Source: Amoebidium appalachense (Eukaryota; Protista; Ichthyosporea). From it: a stretch of DNA of 64,000 nt. The position numbers and the translations under genes are program-made. The notes under the pieces were generated by a model. That model did no database searches and was not told the origin of the DNA. It saw only the letters and a list, made by a program, of their open reading frames with translations. Shown here in pieces: positions 13,249 to 25,560 of the stretch (position 1 is its first letter; each line of letters opens with the position of its first letter). The stretch is taken from NCBI GenBank assembly GCA_963693365.1, contig CAVNZM010000013.1:3810722-3874721 (forward strand). Direction: 5' to 3'.

Positions 13249-14076
13249 GTGTGTGTGTGGAGGGAGAGGGAAGCGGGGGGAGGGGGGGGGGTTTGAATGC
13301 GTCAAAAAGTACGAGTTATGGAGAAGGGTAAGTTAGCATGCGATGTGAGCGTGAGGGAGAGTGAATGAGAGAAGAGGAAGGGGGGGGGGGGGGGGAGGTA
13401 GAGAGGGAGATGGGGGGGGGGGGGGGGATAAGAGAGAAAGGGAGAGGGAGAGAGGGTGGGGGAGTATGTGTGTGTGGGGGGTTGCGTTGCATCACACACG
13501 CGAATGGGCATTCCGGAACCAGCTTGGTTGTATGGATGTGGGCAAGTTCATGATGTGTGGAATAGCACATGTATACAATAGGCCCCTACGTGCACGTGTT
13601 TACATGGATATCTGCACACTGTGTCCCCCATATTGTGTGCATGCGTTTCTAAACATGCATGCACATGTTTCTAATGCATAACTCCAGTGTATGCAAATTT
13701 TTCAAAACATTCCTACATTGTACAATCTTTTATACATATCTGCACTGTGTGCACGTGTTTCCATGCATAATTACCTGCACCGTGTTTGGATGATCCGCCC
13801 CCACGTTGTCGTCTTGCATAGGCGCCAAAATTTGCTCTTTCCCTTCTGTCATGTTTGTTGGCCCGCTCAAGAGGCCCCCGGACAGAGAGTCCCTCTGAAG
13901 AAAACATGAACTATCAGTAGTGAAGGGTGGAAGTGGGAGGTCCCGCTTGTCCTAGACACACTCTCTAGCTATTGTGTGGGCAAAGGGAGGGCCTTTTGTG
14001 TGTCCAAGTGGGAGTGGGAGTGTTAGAGTGTGTGTTGCCTTAGTGGGAGTGTGGGTGTGGGTCACGTGCTGTGTGT

Positions 14077-14131
<55 letters not shown>

Positions 14132-14584
14132 TGTGAGTGTGTGTGAGTGTGCGTGCGAGAGTGAGAGTGAGAGAGAGAGAGAGAGACAATGAGTGAGCGG
14201 GTGCACATGTAAGCGAGCGAGCGAGCGAGCGAGCGAGTGAGTGAGTGTGCGAGTGAGTGAGTGAGTGAGTGAGTGTGTGTGTTTGTTTTGTGTATTAGCG
14301 AAGAGGGGCCGACTTACTACCGCCGTGTTAGCGAACTGGCCCTGAAGCTGAGCCAACTGGGTCACGTACATCTCTGGGCACGACGCCTGCCGCTGTGTGG
14401 GATAATGGTGTGAGGAATAAATAGAAACGTGCAAACAGTCAGTGCAAGTATTTTTACTTGGCCGCAGCATGCAAGAGGTGAAAATGTGTGTGTACTGATG
14501 ATCTGTTGATCATATGAAGGCGTTGCTTTTTTGTGGTAAGAGTGTGTAGGTGGTGTTATTCCACTGGTGCGGAGCAGTTTTTTT

Positions 14585-14624
<40 letters not shown>

Positions 14625-15032
14625 GGAGGAGACCAGGTGATGAGATGAAAAATAAATGTGCTTGGGAGGAATAAGCCGGTAACATATATGGGTTGTAATA
14701 TATAAAGGGACAAAAAGACCGCTGCAATTAAGTGATAGAGGGTACTTCTATGGGTCATGCAACACTTACTAGCTGATGACAATTTCGCGCAAGGCAGAGA
14801 GGGGGGGGGGGGGGGGGGGGCGGGGTGAGGGGAGGGAGGGGGGGGGGGGGGGGGGGAGAGGATGGCATCTGGAGAGTCATAGATGTATGTATTTCCCAAC
14901 GGTCCCCTCAATACACACACACATACACACACACACTCACAGTGTCCGCGCGCGCGCACACACACACACACACACACGCACACACACACGCACACGCACA
15001 CAAACACACACACACACGCACGCACGCACGCA

Positions 15033-15127
<95 letters not shown>

Positions 15128-15197
15128 CTATAACTATATTTTAGGAGACTCGTTGACCTACCTGCCTGCGGTGGTTGTTGCGGTAGATGGTAGTCAT
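7554..15197 (-). CDS. Putative TEAD-binding cofactor with a Vestigial/VGLL4-type Tondu motif and a YAP-type Omega-loop; Pro-rich, acidic-hydrophobic C-terminus; no WW domain seen
   Basis: Six consecutive phase-compatible exons: 15197-15162, 14392(or 14386)-14318, 13894-13775, 12893-12748, 12258-12077, 11003-10799. Further likely exons are 9691-9576, 8818-8715 and 8169-7554, but these have one phase mismatch and a frameshift near 7930, so the 3' part is uncertain; the alternative is a stop at 10798. Motifs [10 protein letters not shown] (12815-12786) and [13 protein letters not shown] (10962-10924). Confidence 0.72.
12585..12735. repeat. Intronic minisatellite (acatccaccRagatat core) beside the donor at 12747
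   Basis: About 5 copies of the core seen directly. Confidence 0.7.
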
Positions 15198-15959
15198 GCT
15201 GCCCTATACTTATGTGCTTACACCAAAACTATCAAAAAATAGACAGCAACGGCCTATAAATCCTTCGTGCTCCAGTAAGAATTTGTGCTTTCTATGAATC
15301 TCTTGTGAGCAATTTGCAACGAATCCCCTCCCTATCATTACTTCGAAGATCTCAGCGTTCACTTGAGGTGTGCTGGGGTGTTACTGTGCGTGTGCGTATG
15401 TGCACTTCCACCACAGGTCAACACCTATCTGAGTGAGAAAAAACCCCTTTTGTACGTACGCGTGTATATGTCTCTTATACCCAAATACACTCAACATTAT
15501 TGAGGCAATTATGATAGTAACGGTCTCAAATGGCATCTGCAGGCAGTTGTGAGGGGAGTCACGGGAACGTCAGGGAACGTCCCAGCGGGCCCACACAGTT
15601 TTGGCAGTCAACCGGAACCAAAACAAACAAATCGCGCCGCCCCCTACACTGGGTCCCCAAATATTTTCTGAATTACTGAGTTTAAATCACTTATTCTAAT
15701 GTTGCCTTATTAAGAGATAAAAAGACATATAAATATATATATTTATAAAACAAACACTGCATACATGTAATAACTTTTCATTATACCATAATGTTTCTTG
15801 TATAAAAAATAAATAATTGTAGACGTTGGCATTTGTTTTTCCGGTACATTTTGTTTTCTTAGGGTTGGTTAGGGTGAAGGTGCAATCCCTAAAACCGATT
15901 CGCTGAGCGAGCAGCAGTATAAACAGAATTTTCTATTGGATATTTGGTTTTGTAAACTT

Positions 15960-16270
15960 TAAAAAGCCAATCGCAAAGGAGTTCGGTTACGCTGCGTGAT
16001 CATGACGTCAGTGTGAACCAGGTCAAACCTGCATGCGCGTCTTGCGCGATGGCTGGCCCAAGGCTTGCTGGGGCTGTTGTTTCGTATATACGTACATCTA
16101 CACATGCATACCAGCCCATAGCTCCTGCCACTTTTGCCCTGCTTTGGGTTTAAATAGAGTTTTAATTGACCCAGAGCCTACTACCGAGCAAACAATTTGA
16201 TGAGTCACAGTGATCAGATGATGGCCACATGTGACTCAGATGGTCAGGTGATGGCCACATGTGACTCAGA
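15960..16270 (-). promoter_or_regulatory. Putative upstream regulatory region of the Tondu/Omega-loop gene: CCAAT, CRE and three AP-1 heptamers
   Basis: CCAAT at 15967, TGACGTCA at 16003-16010, TGAGTCA at 16201, TGACTCA at 16232 and 16262 (the last two lie in a 30-bp tandem duplication). Confidence 0.4.
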
Positions 16271-16410
16271 TTTTCAGTCTATCATTATTTCAGATTCCGC
16301 GCGCACAGTTATGTGGTGTGGTATGCTATGTGCATACCAGTTGTCATGATTGATATAACGTGGAGGGGTGGCACCCGGGAAATGTGGTGGCCATGGAGTA
16401 CACGTGTGTG

Positions 16411-16456
<46 letters not shown>

Positions 16457-16475
16457 GGTGTGTGTGTGTGTCCCG

Positions 16476-16506
<31 letters not shown>

Positions 16507-16784
16507 TGTGTGCATGTCTTGTGCACGTGTGGTGGCACTGTGGTCTGATGAGACATGAATTAACAGAATCTTATTAGTAGGGGTACGGCTTAAGTAACAT
16601 TTTATTTGGGGTGGCTGCTGTGGCTCACACCGCATTATGTCGATTTCCCCCGGCCCACATCAACCTGTGTGCTATATATGGCATGCATGCCTATTAATAG
16701 CACCGATTTTGTTTGAATGCTCACAGCAAAACCCCCCTCACAGACCCAATTTGGGAAGGCCTATAGTAGCTACAGCGCGTCGCA

Positions 16785-16857
<73 letters not shown>

Positions 16858-16910
16858 GAAAGAAATATAACAAAAAAACCTCTTGTAGAAGAAAACAAAA
16901 TAATGCCACA

Positions 16911-16965
<55 letters not shown>

Positions 16966-17339
16966 CGAGAAGAAGGAATAAAACGAAGTGGGAATATAAG
17001 GAAGCAAAAATGGACCATGGTACCCTTCCAGAAAAAATCGAAAGAAAAAAAAAAAGCCAGGTTCAAATTTCAAATTTCTTTACACCAACCCCTCTTTCAA
17101 TTTCTCCTTGAACTCTGCACATAACACCACAAAGGGAGAAGCGAAAGGATGAGCAAATCACAGGCCCACGTTAATATTTAAAACACCCACATGTCATTGA
17201 AACCATTAAGTACCCCTGTGTGTGCACTGCCACAAAATACACATTCCGTCAATCATCCCAAGCACAACCCCCCCCTCCCCCCCCCTGATAGCATACGTCT
17301 AAATACTCATTCAGTAGTTTCCAGCACAATCCGCGGTTG

Positions 17340-17899
17340 CTATGCTTCAGCCAATAGCGCGTCTTTCTGGTTGGCATTCATCATGGCCCCGTACGGTGGG
17401 TTAGGGCCCGCTAGAGGGTTGTTCTGTGGTCTGTGGGGACAGACAAAAATAAGCAAGAACACACTAATACCCACAAAACAGAAGGGTTTGGATTTTGAGA
17501 GAGGGAGAGAGGGGGGGGGGGGGGGGGGGGGGAGGAGGAGAAGGACGGGGCGGGGGGAGGGTGTGGGAAGGGGAGAGAGAGAGAGCGGGAGAGGGGAAGA
17601 GGGGGGGGGGGGGGGGGGGGGGGGGGGAGGGGGGAGGTGGACGGGGAGAGGGCGAGAGAGAGTGTGTGGGAGAGAAAGAGAGCGAGCGTCACAACACGTG
17701 CAACACCACCGAAGCAAATATCATGTGCCCACGATGCCCATCACACACTGGCCCTAAACACTAACAAACGGATGCCCAACAAGACATGAGATGCAAGCAC
17801 CAGCAATCATTTGTGCACTGCTGGCCCCATGCATGCCACAAAAAAAATAAAAAATAAACAGACATCAAAAAGCCATACTCCAGTGGTCCACAGGACGTT

Positions 17900-17945
<46 letters not shown>

Positions 17946-18173
17946 TCCCTCCACACAACACACACACGCACACACACGCACACACACCACCACCACCACC
18001 AACACACACAACAAAAGAGCAAAACGTGAACCCACACCCACACGCAGGCACACACCCACATGCATACTCACACACACAGAGAAAGGGAGAAGGGGGGGGG
18101 GGGGGGGGGGGAGAGAAGAGAGAGAGAGATGCAGAGACAGAGAGAGAGGGAGGGAGAGAGAACGGAAGGGGGG

Positions 18174-18219
<46 letters not shown>

Positions 18220-18264
18220 AAGAATGGAGGGAGAGAGCAAGAAGGGTGAGAGAGAGAGCGAGAA

Positions 18265-18318
<54 letters not shown>

Positions 18319-18643
18319 TTCTCCCCCTCCTAACCCCCCGGCATATACAAAAGCACACACACACACAGACGCACACGCACACACACACACACAGGTACAT
18401 GCACATACCCAACCTCCCACTCACATTTGGGGCAGAGGCCTGCCGTCGGCAATCCAACACGCCCTTAGCTGCTGCAGCTCTTGATCCATCAGCTGAAATT
18501 TCAAGAGGGAGGGGGGGGTCAGTATGGGGGTCTCACGGTCTCATGGTGAAATTTCAAAATGCCGTGGGTACGGGAAGTATGGGGTCTATTGGGATGTGGA
18601 TTTTGCGATAGGAAGTCTGCACGAGGAGGAAAGAGGAGGGCGC

Positions 18644-18675
<32 letters not shown>

Positions 18676-18786
18676 GGGGGGGGGGGGGGGGGGAGGGGGG
18701 GAAACAAAAAACTCAATAGACACGGCTTCTGTTAGTCTCCCCACCCCCACCCCACCCCACCCCATCGTACCATCCGATTTTTTTTT

Positions 18787-18855
<69 letters not shown>

Positions 18856-18930
18856 AAACGAGAATTGCAAAGGAAAGGACGAAAGCAAGCACCTGCTGTT
18901 GCAGATACGTTCTGTATGTGTGTGTGTGTG

Positions 18931-18976
<46 letters not shown>

Positions 18977-20339
18977 AATCCACAAACAGGCAAATACTGC
19001 CCATGATATCAACTGAACCCTCAATATACTAGAGATATGGACGTGCATGCTATTAAAGTGTTAAAGGGTAGCCCTACGTGTCTTAACGAGAAAACTCTGC
19101 CAAGGGATATTTATGATTGGTCCAGATCGAATCCGGTTCGATCAGATTAGCCATATAAGGAAACTGGAAAAAACCGTTTTTACGAAAGGGTAGCCCTACG
19201 TCTTTCGACCCACAATGCACCTGTCAGGGATCCGATTCCGGCCCTGACCAATCTCAGCTTGAAGCGCCATCAGCTCGCACTCAGATCAGTTGCCGCCAAT
19301 AATTCATGTTCACGAAGCTTCTAAAAAGGATCCGACCATAATTCTATGAGGTGCCTAACATTGACAGCTCAGCCGCAGTCAATGAAAAAGTTGTAAAAAG
19401 AAAGAACTTCTGCGACTATCTTAACATACTGTTTGTCAAAAAAACAACAAACAATACTTCGACAAAGAGGAAACCTCCTACTCGTGTTCAAAGATATCCA
19501 CACTCGAGTTTGACTGTTAATTATGCACTACTTTAAAAAAAAAAGCTCGCTCCAGACAGCTTTCTTCTGAGTACTCTGCTCTACACCGCGCTGCGTCACA
19601 AAGTGATCGACCATATCGTGTTCACCTTTTTTTATACTTCTCCACTAGCCGCTAAGACAAATACCGTGATTCCTACCCAACCATTTCATTCAAAAGGCCT
19701 ACCCAATGGTATCGCTCGCTTGTGCAAGTTACAGGTGTAATTAACGCTCATTAGCAGACTTTCACAACCGGGCCCTCCGATTGGTTCACTATCACGGCTC
19801 ACGAGGCCACTTCTGCAACACGCACTACGCAAAGAATCTGATTGGTTCCCTTCTAACGAAGTCATTAGCGCAACTTTCACAACCGCGCAACCCGATTCGC
19901 CACATAAATCTCCCCAAACCCACGTCTTCCATATCGTGCTCTACCTAGCGCCCGCCGTCGCCTGACCGCCCTACATAAGGCTTACGTAAGGCCCTGCGCA
20001 AGGCTCCCCCCAAACCCCTATATCGTGGTCTGGCCCCCCCGACCCCACCGCCTTACGTAACCCCGGCCCCGCACCAGCCAACCAAACGGCCCGGTTGTGG
20101 AAGAAGGCCGAATCTGCCGGGGGTAGCCCTACGCGTAGCCTCGTCTATCCAACAAATACCCCTTCTCCCCCCACCACCCAAAAACACACACACACAGACA
20201 CACACAGACAGACATAAACATCCTCGTTCCCCGTGTTTCCTGCCTTCATAATCAAGAAAACGAAACAGAATCACATATCCATCCCTCCACTCAAGCCGAT
20301 TAGAGAAGACGAGATGGAATTGGGTCCCGGTGCTAATAG

Positions 20340-20370
<31 letters not shown>

Positions 20371-21275
20371 CTCTTCGTCCCCCCCCCTCCCCCCCCCCCC
20401 CCGGGGGGCGACAGAAACACGCACGGACCCGACCGCTATCCCCACCATCTTAGGAAACACACACAGACATATGGGACGCAACCACAAAAACACCCATATC
20501 TAAACCCGACATCGGTCTTACCATTGAAATCACTCAGCCCACACCCGTCCTCCCCACCCGCAAACTGCCCGCCTCACATCCATACCCCCCCCCCCCCCCC
20601 CCCCTCCCACACACATCCACCCACCATGACGGCCACAAACATACACACGTCCACACAAATTCCCCCTCCCTCTTCCCCCCCACCTACTCACCCACCCACA
20701 ACAAACCAAACCCTCCTCCTCCCCCTAAAAAAACCACCACCATCACTATCACCACCATCACCATCACACACACCCACCCACACACCCGCACACACACCTT
20801 GTTCGACACCATCAGGTCCTCCGTCATTCTCTGCAGCCTCGTCTTGTCTGCCGTCAGTAGCTCCACCCTCATGGTCAGGGCGTGGTTCTCCTGCGTCAAC
20901 TGATCAACTACCCCCCGCATTTGCTGTGAAAAAAAAAACCAAGTCAGTATTGGTGTTGCATGGCATGGAACCAATTCTTATCCTCGAAACACCTGCACAT
21001 CCTCCCCTCCCTTCCCCCCCCCCCCCTCCCCCCTCCCCGCTCCCCCCACCCCGCCGATCATCGAAACCACACACGAACGCACAAGCACGTGCACACACGG
21101 AGCCCCCTCCCAACCTCCCCTCCAATACACACACACACACGCACGCACGCACGCACACACACACACACACTGACTACACCCACCCATCAACACCAACACC
21201 CTCTCAACCACGTATCCACCCACTCACTCAACCACCCACTCAATCACCCACACCTACCCCCCCCCCCCCCAAAAA

Positions 21276-21306
<31 letters not shown>

Positions 21307-21335
21307 CACTGGGCAAACCCCCACACACACTCAAC

Positions 21336-21367
<32 letters not shown>

Positions 21368-21765
21368 ACAAAAAAAAACAAAAAAAAAAACACCCACCGT
21401 GAGTTGCTCCTTCTTCTTCAGTCTGCACAGCTGCGCCGCCTCTCTATTCTTCTCTCTCCTCCTCTGGCTCCTTTGCTCCACCGACAATCCCTCCTCACTG
21501 CTACGCCGTTTCAACACCCCACCCCCCATTTCCTTCGCTTCTTTTTTTTTACCCTTCCTCCCCCTATTTCCTTTTTTGGCAGGTGTCTTGCTGGCTTCCA
21601 TCGCGTTAAGGTCCGCGGTGGCGACGGCTGCGAGCGCCATCAGAGAGTCCATTCGTCGGAGATCACGTGGCTCCTCCTTTGGGATTGGTGCGTGCATCTC
21701 CATGGGAACGTACTCGAACCTTCCAGGCCCGTACGGCGTCTGCACGCTGTCCATGTGGTCCGGCT

Positions 21766-21857
<92 letters not shown>

Positions 21858-22754
21858 GTGGGGGGGAAAATTCATTAACGATAGAGGAAAGCGAAAGGGG
21901 TGAGGGGGTGATGTAGGGGTTGGGAGGGTGGGGGGAGGTGTATTCATCAATGTTTGAGGAAACAATGTATGCAGAACAACAACAGTACTGAAACTAAAAC
22001 AAAGTGATGAAGCAACCACTTGGGCACAGTAAGAGGCACTTGGACAAAGCTCGTTTATTACGCGTTTATTGTTATTCAAAATATTGCTAATATGAGTATT
22101 TTCATTGCCATCTTACTGAACAATACTATCGCCTTTTTCATTTCATTCCTCCCCCCCCCCCCCCCCCCCCCCCCGCCCTCTCCCTCCCCCCATCTTCTGT
22201 CTCTCGCTCTCTCTCAAGCCCATCGTAACCCCCCCCTCCACCCCCTTCCCCGCGCCCCCCTCCCCACCCTCTCTTTCTCGAGTCCATTTACCTTCCTTCT
22301 CTCTCTCTCTCTCTCTCTCTGCCCTCCCATAACGGCAAGTCGTCATAGGAAGCACGGAATAGTCACAACCCTCCCCCCCCCTAGTCACTTTGACTGCTGT
22401 CTCCCTGCGGCCCGGATCAACATACCTTGTATGTTGCCGCAGACGACAGTCACTAGACAAAGTGTCTGATTGCGCAAACAAATTTAAATCTACAGTAGAT
22501 GGTTGGTTAATAGTCGCAATAATAATTTAACGCCGCGTTTCTATTGCCCAACAACAAAAAGTGCGGAAGCGTTCGTATTGCCCATCAGAAGTACGGACGC
22601 GTTCGTATTGCCCATCAGGAAAATAAACTTTAGTAAAGCGTTCCGATTGCCCATCAGAATTACTTAGACCCGGCTGGAGACGTCCCGCGGCGTAGTAGTG
22701 CTCAGCCACTTACGTAAGCCAGTAAGTACATAGCCTTGGAGACTACCCCCCCAA

Positions 22755-22786
<32 letters not shown>

Positions 22787-24103
22787 TCTATGTGATGACT
22801 ATAACTCGGTATAACATAAATCTGACGTCAGTATCAGCTTTATCGATGACGACAGTATTCAAAATTGCTGGCTGCATGACTTGCCGAGTGCTCGATTGTT
22901 TTTTTCCATATCTGGCAAGTGCCCTTTAGGTACTATACCTTATAGGGTGTGCAATCAAAAATGAAAGTGTAAATGAAAGATGAAGTCTCAATTTTATGTA
23001 AACGACGCCCCCCCCCCCTCCCCCCCCCCCAAAAAAAACCAAACCAAAAAAAAAAAAAAAAAAAGTGATTAACATATACGTGCACTGGCTATAACTCTGC
23101 AACCACATTCTGTTCATATTCACACAAACAGGCAATGCAAGTGGTTGTGACAGAGCAATAGATGAAGAAGAAAGGGGCATGCTTTTGTGTGATTTGAAGA
23201 TGTTAAGTTATCGAAAATGTTACAAATAAAACCCATAAGAATATCGTTAAAAGAGTGTCGAGAGTATCTAATTTACGTATGTAGAATTAGGCTAGCATCG
23301 GGTTGTTCTACGTATTTTTATAAAAACCAATAAAAAGTTAGGGATACAGCTTAGATGTTCATGAGTTTGAATGTGTTTACTTTTGATGGTCTCAAGATTG
23401 GAAAGGAATGGTTTGGATATGAATTAATATTAGTTTACATATAAAACGTGTCAGGATATATGTGCGTTTGTGCGTGCGTGTGCGCGCCTGTGTATGGAAT
23501 GATATCTGGTTATATGTATGTTTTATCGAATGTAGGGTTTTAAAGTTATTAAGCAGAGTCTGAATACTTCGAATATGAGTGTATGACTTGGCTGTGGGGA
23601 GTTTTATCTACTATCTCTGGTTTGGATGTGTTTAACCTGAGCATGCAAATCCGCACACCAACATCCTCACGTGCCCATGTTGTTGAGTCCATGCCAGTCC
23701 TCCCTCCCCTCGAGCCATGAGTACACGCGAGCCGGGCAACGCCAAGACACTTTTTGGAACATGCCCACCATGTCCCATCAACAACCGGCTAAAACTTCTC
23801 ATCTGCTCACACACCACGATCATATTCACCACGGACCTGGAAACCAAGGGCGACATGTCACGAGTAGGCAAGCCCGGCAACCTGATCCCGTCCAATTTTA
23901 AGACAAACCCCCTCTCTACCTTCCGCAACACAATGATACCATCGCAGCATTCTGTACATTGTAACATAAACAATATGAAAAATAGCATCACGCACCTCTC
24001 CAGGAGAAGGCAGGGAGCCACTGGTATATCCTGAGTCGCTGTCAGCAAGGGGCATGTAGGCGCCTGGGGCTCGCAGGTGCACGGTGGGCGCCTGACCGGC
24101 CAT
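17340..24103 (-). CDS. bZIP transcription factor (ATF/CREB/AP-1-like basic region), 5 coding exons, ~252 aa
   Basis: Exons 24103-23996, 21763-21398, 20923-20798, 18492-18425 and 17430-17340 are all phase-compatible. Basic region RRREKNREAAQLCRLKKKE is followed by a long heptad zipper (LTQENHALTMRVELLTADKTRLQRMTEDLMVSNKLMDQELQQL). Confidence 0.85.
22535..22659. repeat. Four spaced ~22-bp direct repeats (gcgttcgtattgcccatcagRa) in a bZIP intron
   Basis: Copies start at 22535, 22569, 22599 and 22638, with 8-17 bp spacers. Confidence 0.75.
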
Positions 24104-25329
24104 CTGCAGCAAAACATCAGCCCCTGCCCAGTGCCAGACATAAAATGCATGAGAACATGCATGGTCCGTCCATAAACATGTCCCTTCATCAACCTCAAAT
24201 TTTTATCCGCTTCCACATCACCCTCCAATTCATTCACAATGAATAAGAAAAAACGTGTGCCAGCTAACAAAACACACTATTTATGTGCACGTGGCATTAG
24301 CACAAGAATCATCGCATCCCTTGCTAACCAGCCCCCCTCCCCCCCCCCCCACCCCCCCACCCCCCTCCCCCGTCCTCCCAAACCCACCCAAAAAAAAGAA
24401 AGGAAAAAAAAACGAAAGAAATAAAAATAAGTTGCTAAGGCAGAACACCAAACGCAAAATTGGATCAACCATAAGGAGATAAACAAAAGGGAGAACTGAA
24501 CATGTGCTACCAACACAATAAAGTATACAGTACACAGACACAGAGCCTAGGGTTGAACTGAGCGATGGGAATTAGCAAAGATGCAGGTGCAAGCACGAGG
24601 TGGAAACAGCAGCAGCGCGGTATTTGTAGTTGGTCGAATGGCTGTTGTTTTGTTTGTGTCAGACTTCTGCGTTATCACAATTGCAAGTTCTATCATGCCC
24701 GGCACTTATATTCAAACAAAGAAACCGAAAAATGCACAAGGAAGAACTTGCCAGTACACACACGGAAATGTGTAGATGTACTACTGGAAAATAGAGGCGA
24801 TTTTTTTCAGTGATTGGAAAGAAATAAAAATCACAAGCTGCGTAAGCAAGGAATGAGTGTGGGACCGCAGCAGGGTAGGGACCGGGGGAAGTGAACATAA
24901 GAGGACGAGGGAAGGGTGTTTGTGTGTGCGTGTGCAGAATGTGTGTGTGGGAGTGGGAAGGAAAGGGAGAGGAGGGGTGAGGAGGAAGAGGTTACCGTTA
25001 TGCCTTTGTTCTTTGATGGGGTACTGGTGCTTCGTAATGCTGCCGTAACATACTCCGGCTAAGGGCGTACGGGAGGACACAGCTTAGCTGGTAAGAGAAA
25101 TGATGCACTCTATGCATAGAACAAGGGGCCTATCTCAACCACAAATGCACGAAAATACACGTACTTTTATGCCCTAAGAGCCCTTTTTCACTTTGAAGCG
25201 TTTAGAGTACTGATTTACTCCTCTCTACGCTCTATTTTTGCAGGAGAAACCGCTTCAAACTCGCCCGTTATATTTTTTCGTCTTCAACTGTGTGTGTGTC
25301 ACGGAAGGTTGTGGATGCACGCAGCGGTG

Positions 25330-25560
25330 ACGGCCAGTCATGACGTCATGATGAGATTCTATTGGCTGACGACCAACCGAACCAAATTAAGAAGGTTTAC
25401 CCTCCTCTTTTATCCGCTCGTAAACCAATCAATCCTTTCGAATAAGTTTTACAGGGTTTAAAACGCCTCACATTGCTGTGAGCCACGCTGACGTCACATG
25501 ACGTAGGCACCGGCATCATGCACGCACCGGCCGGCGCGCGCGCTGGCAGCCTGGTGGCAC
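25330..25560 (-). promoter_or_regulatory. Putative bZIP gene promoter with two full CRE sites and CCAAT boxes
   Basis: Palindrome TCATGACGTCATGA at 25338-25351, TGACGTCA at 25489-25496, ATTGG at 25361, CCAAT at 25425, CpG-rich segment. Confidence 0.45.

Noticed and set aside
22535-22659. CRISPR-like appearance of the spaced repeats
   Set aside because: The spacers are only 8-17 bp and unequal, the array sits in a eukaryotic intron, and there are no cas genes
23632-24270. 212-aa minus-strand ORF
   Set aside because: It overlaps the bZIP first coding exon in another frame and shows no recognisable domain
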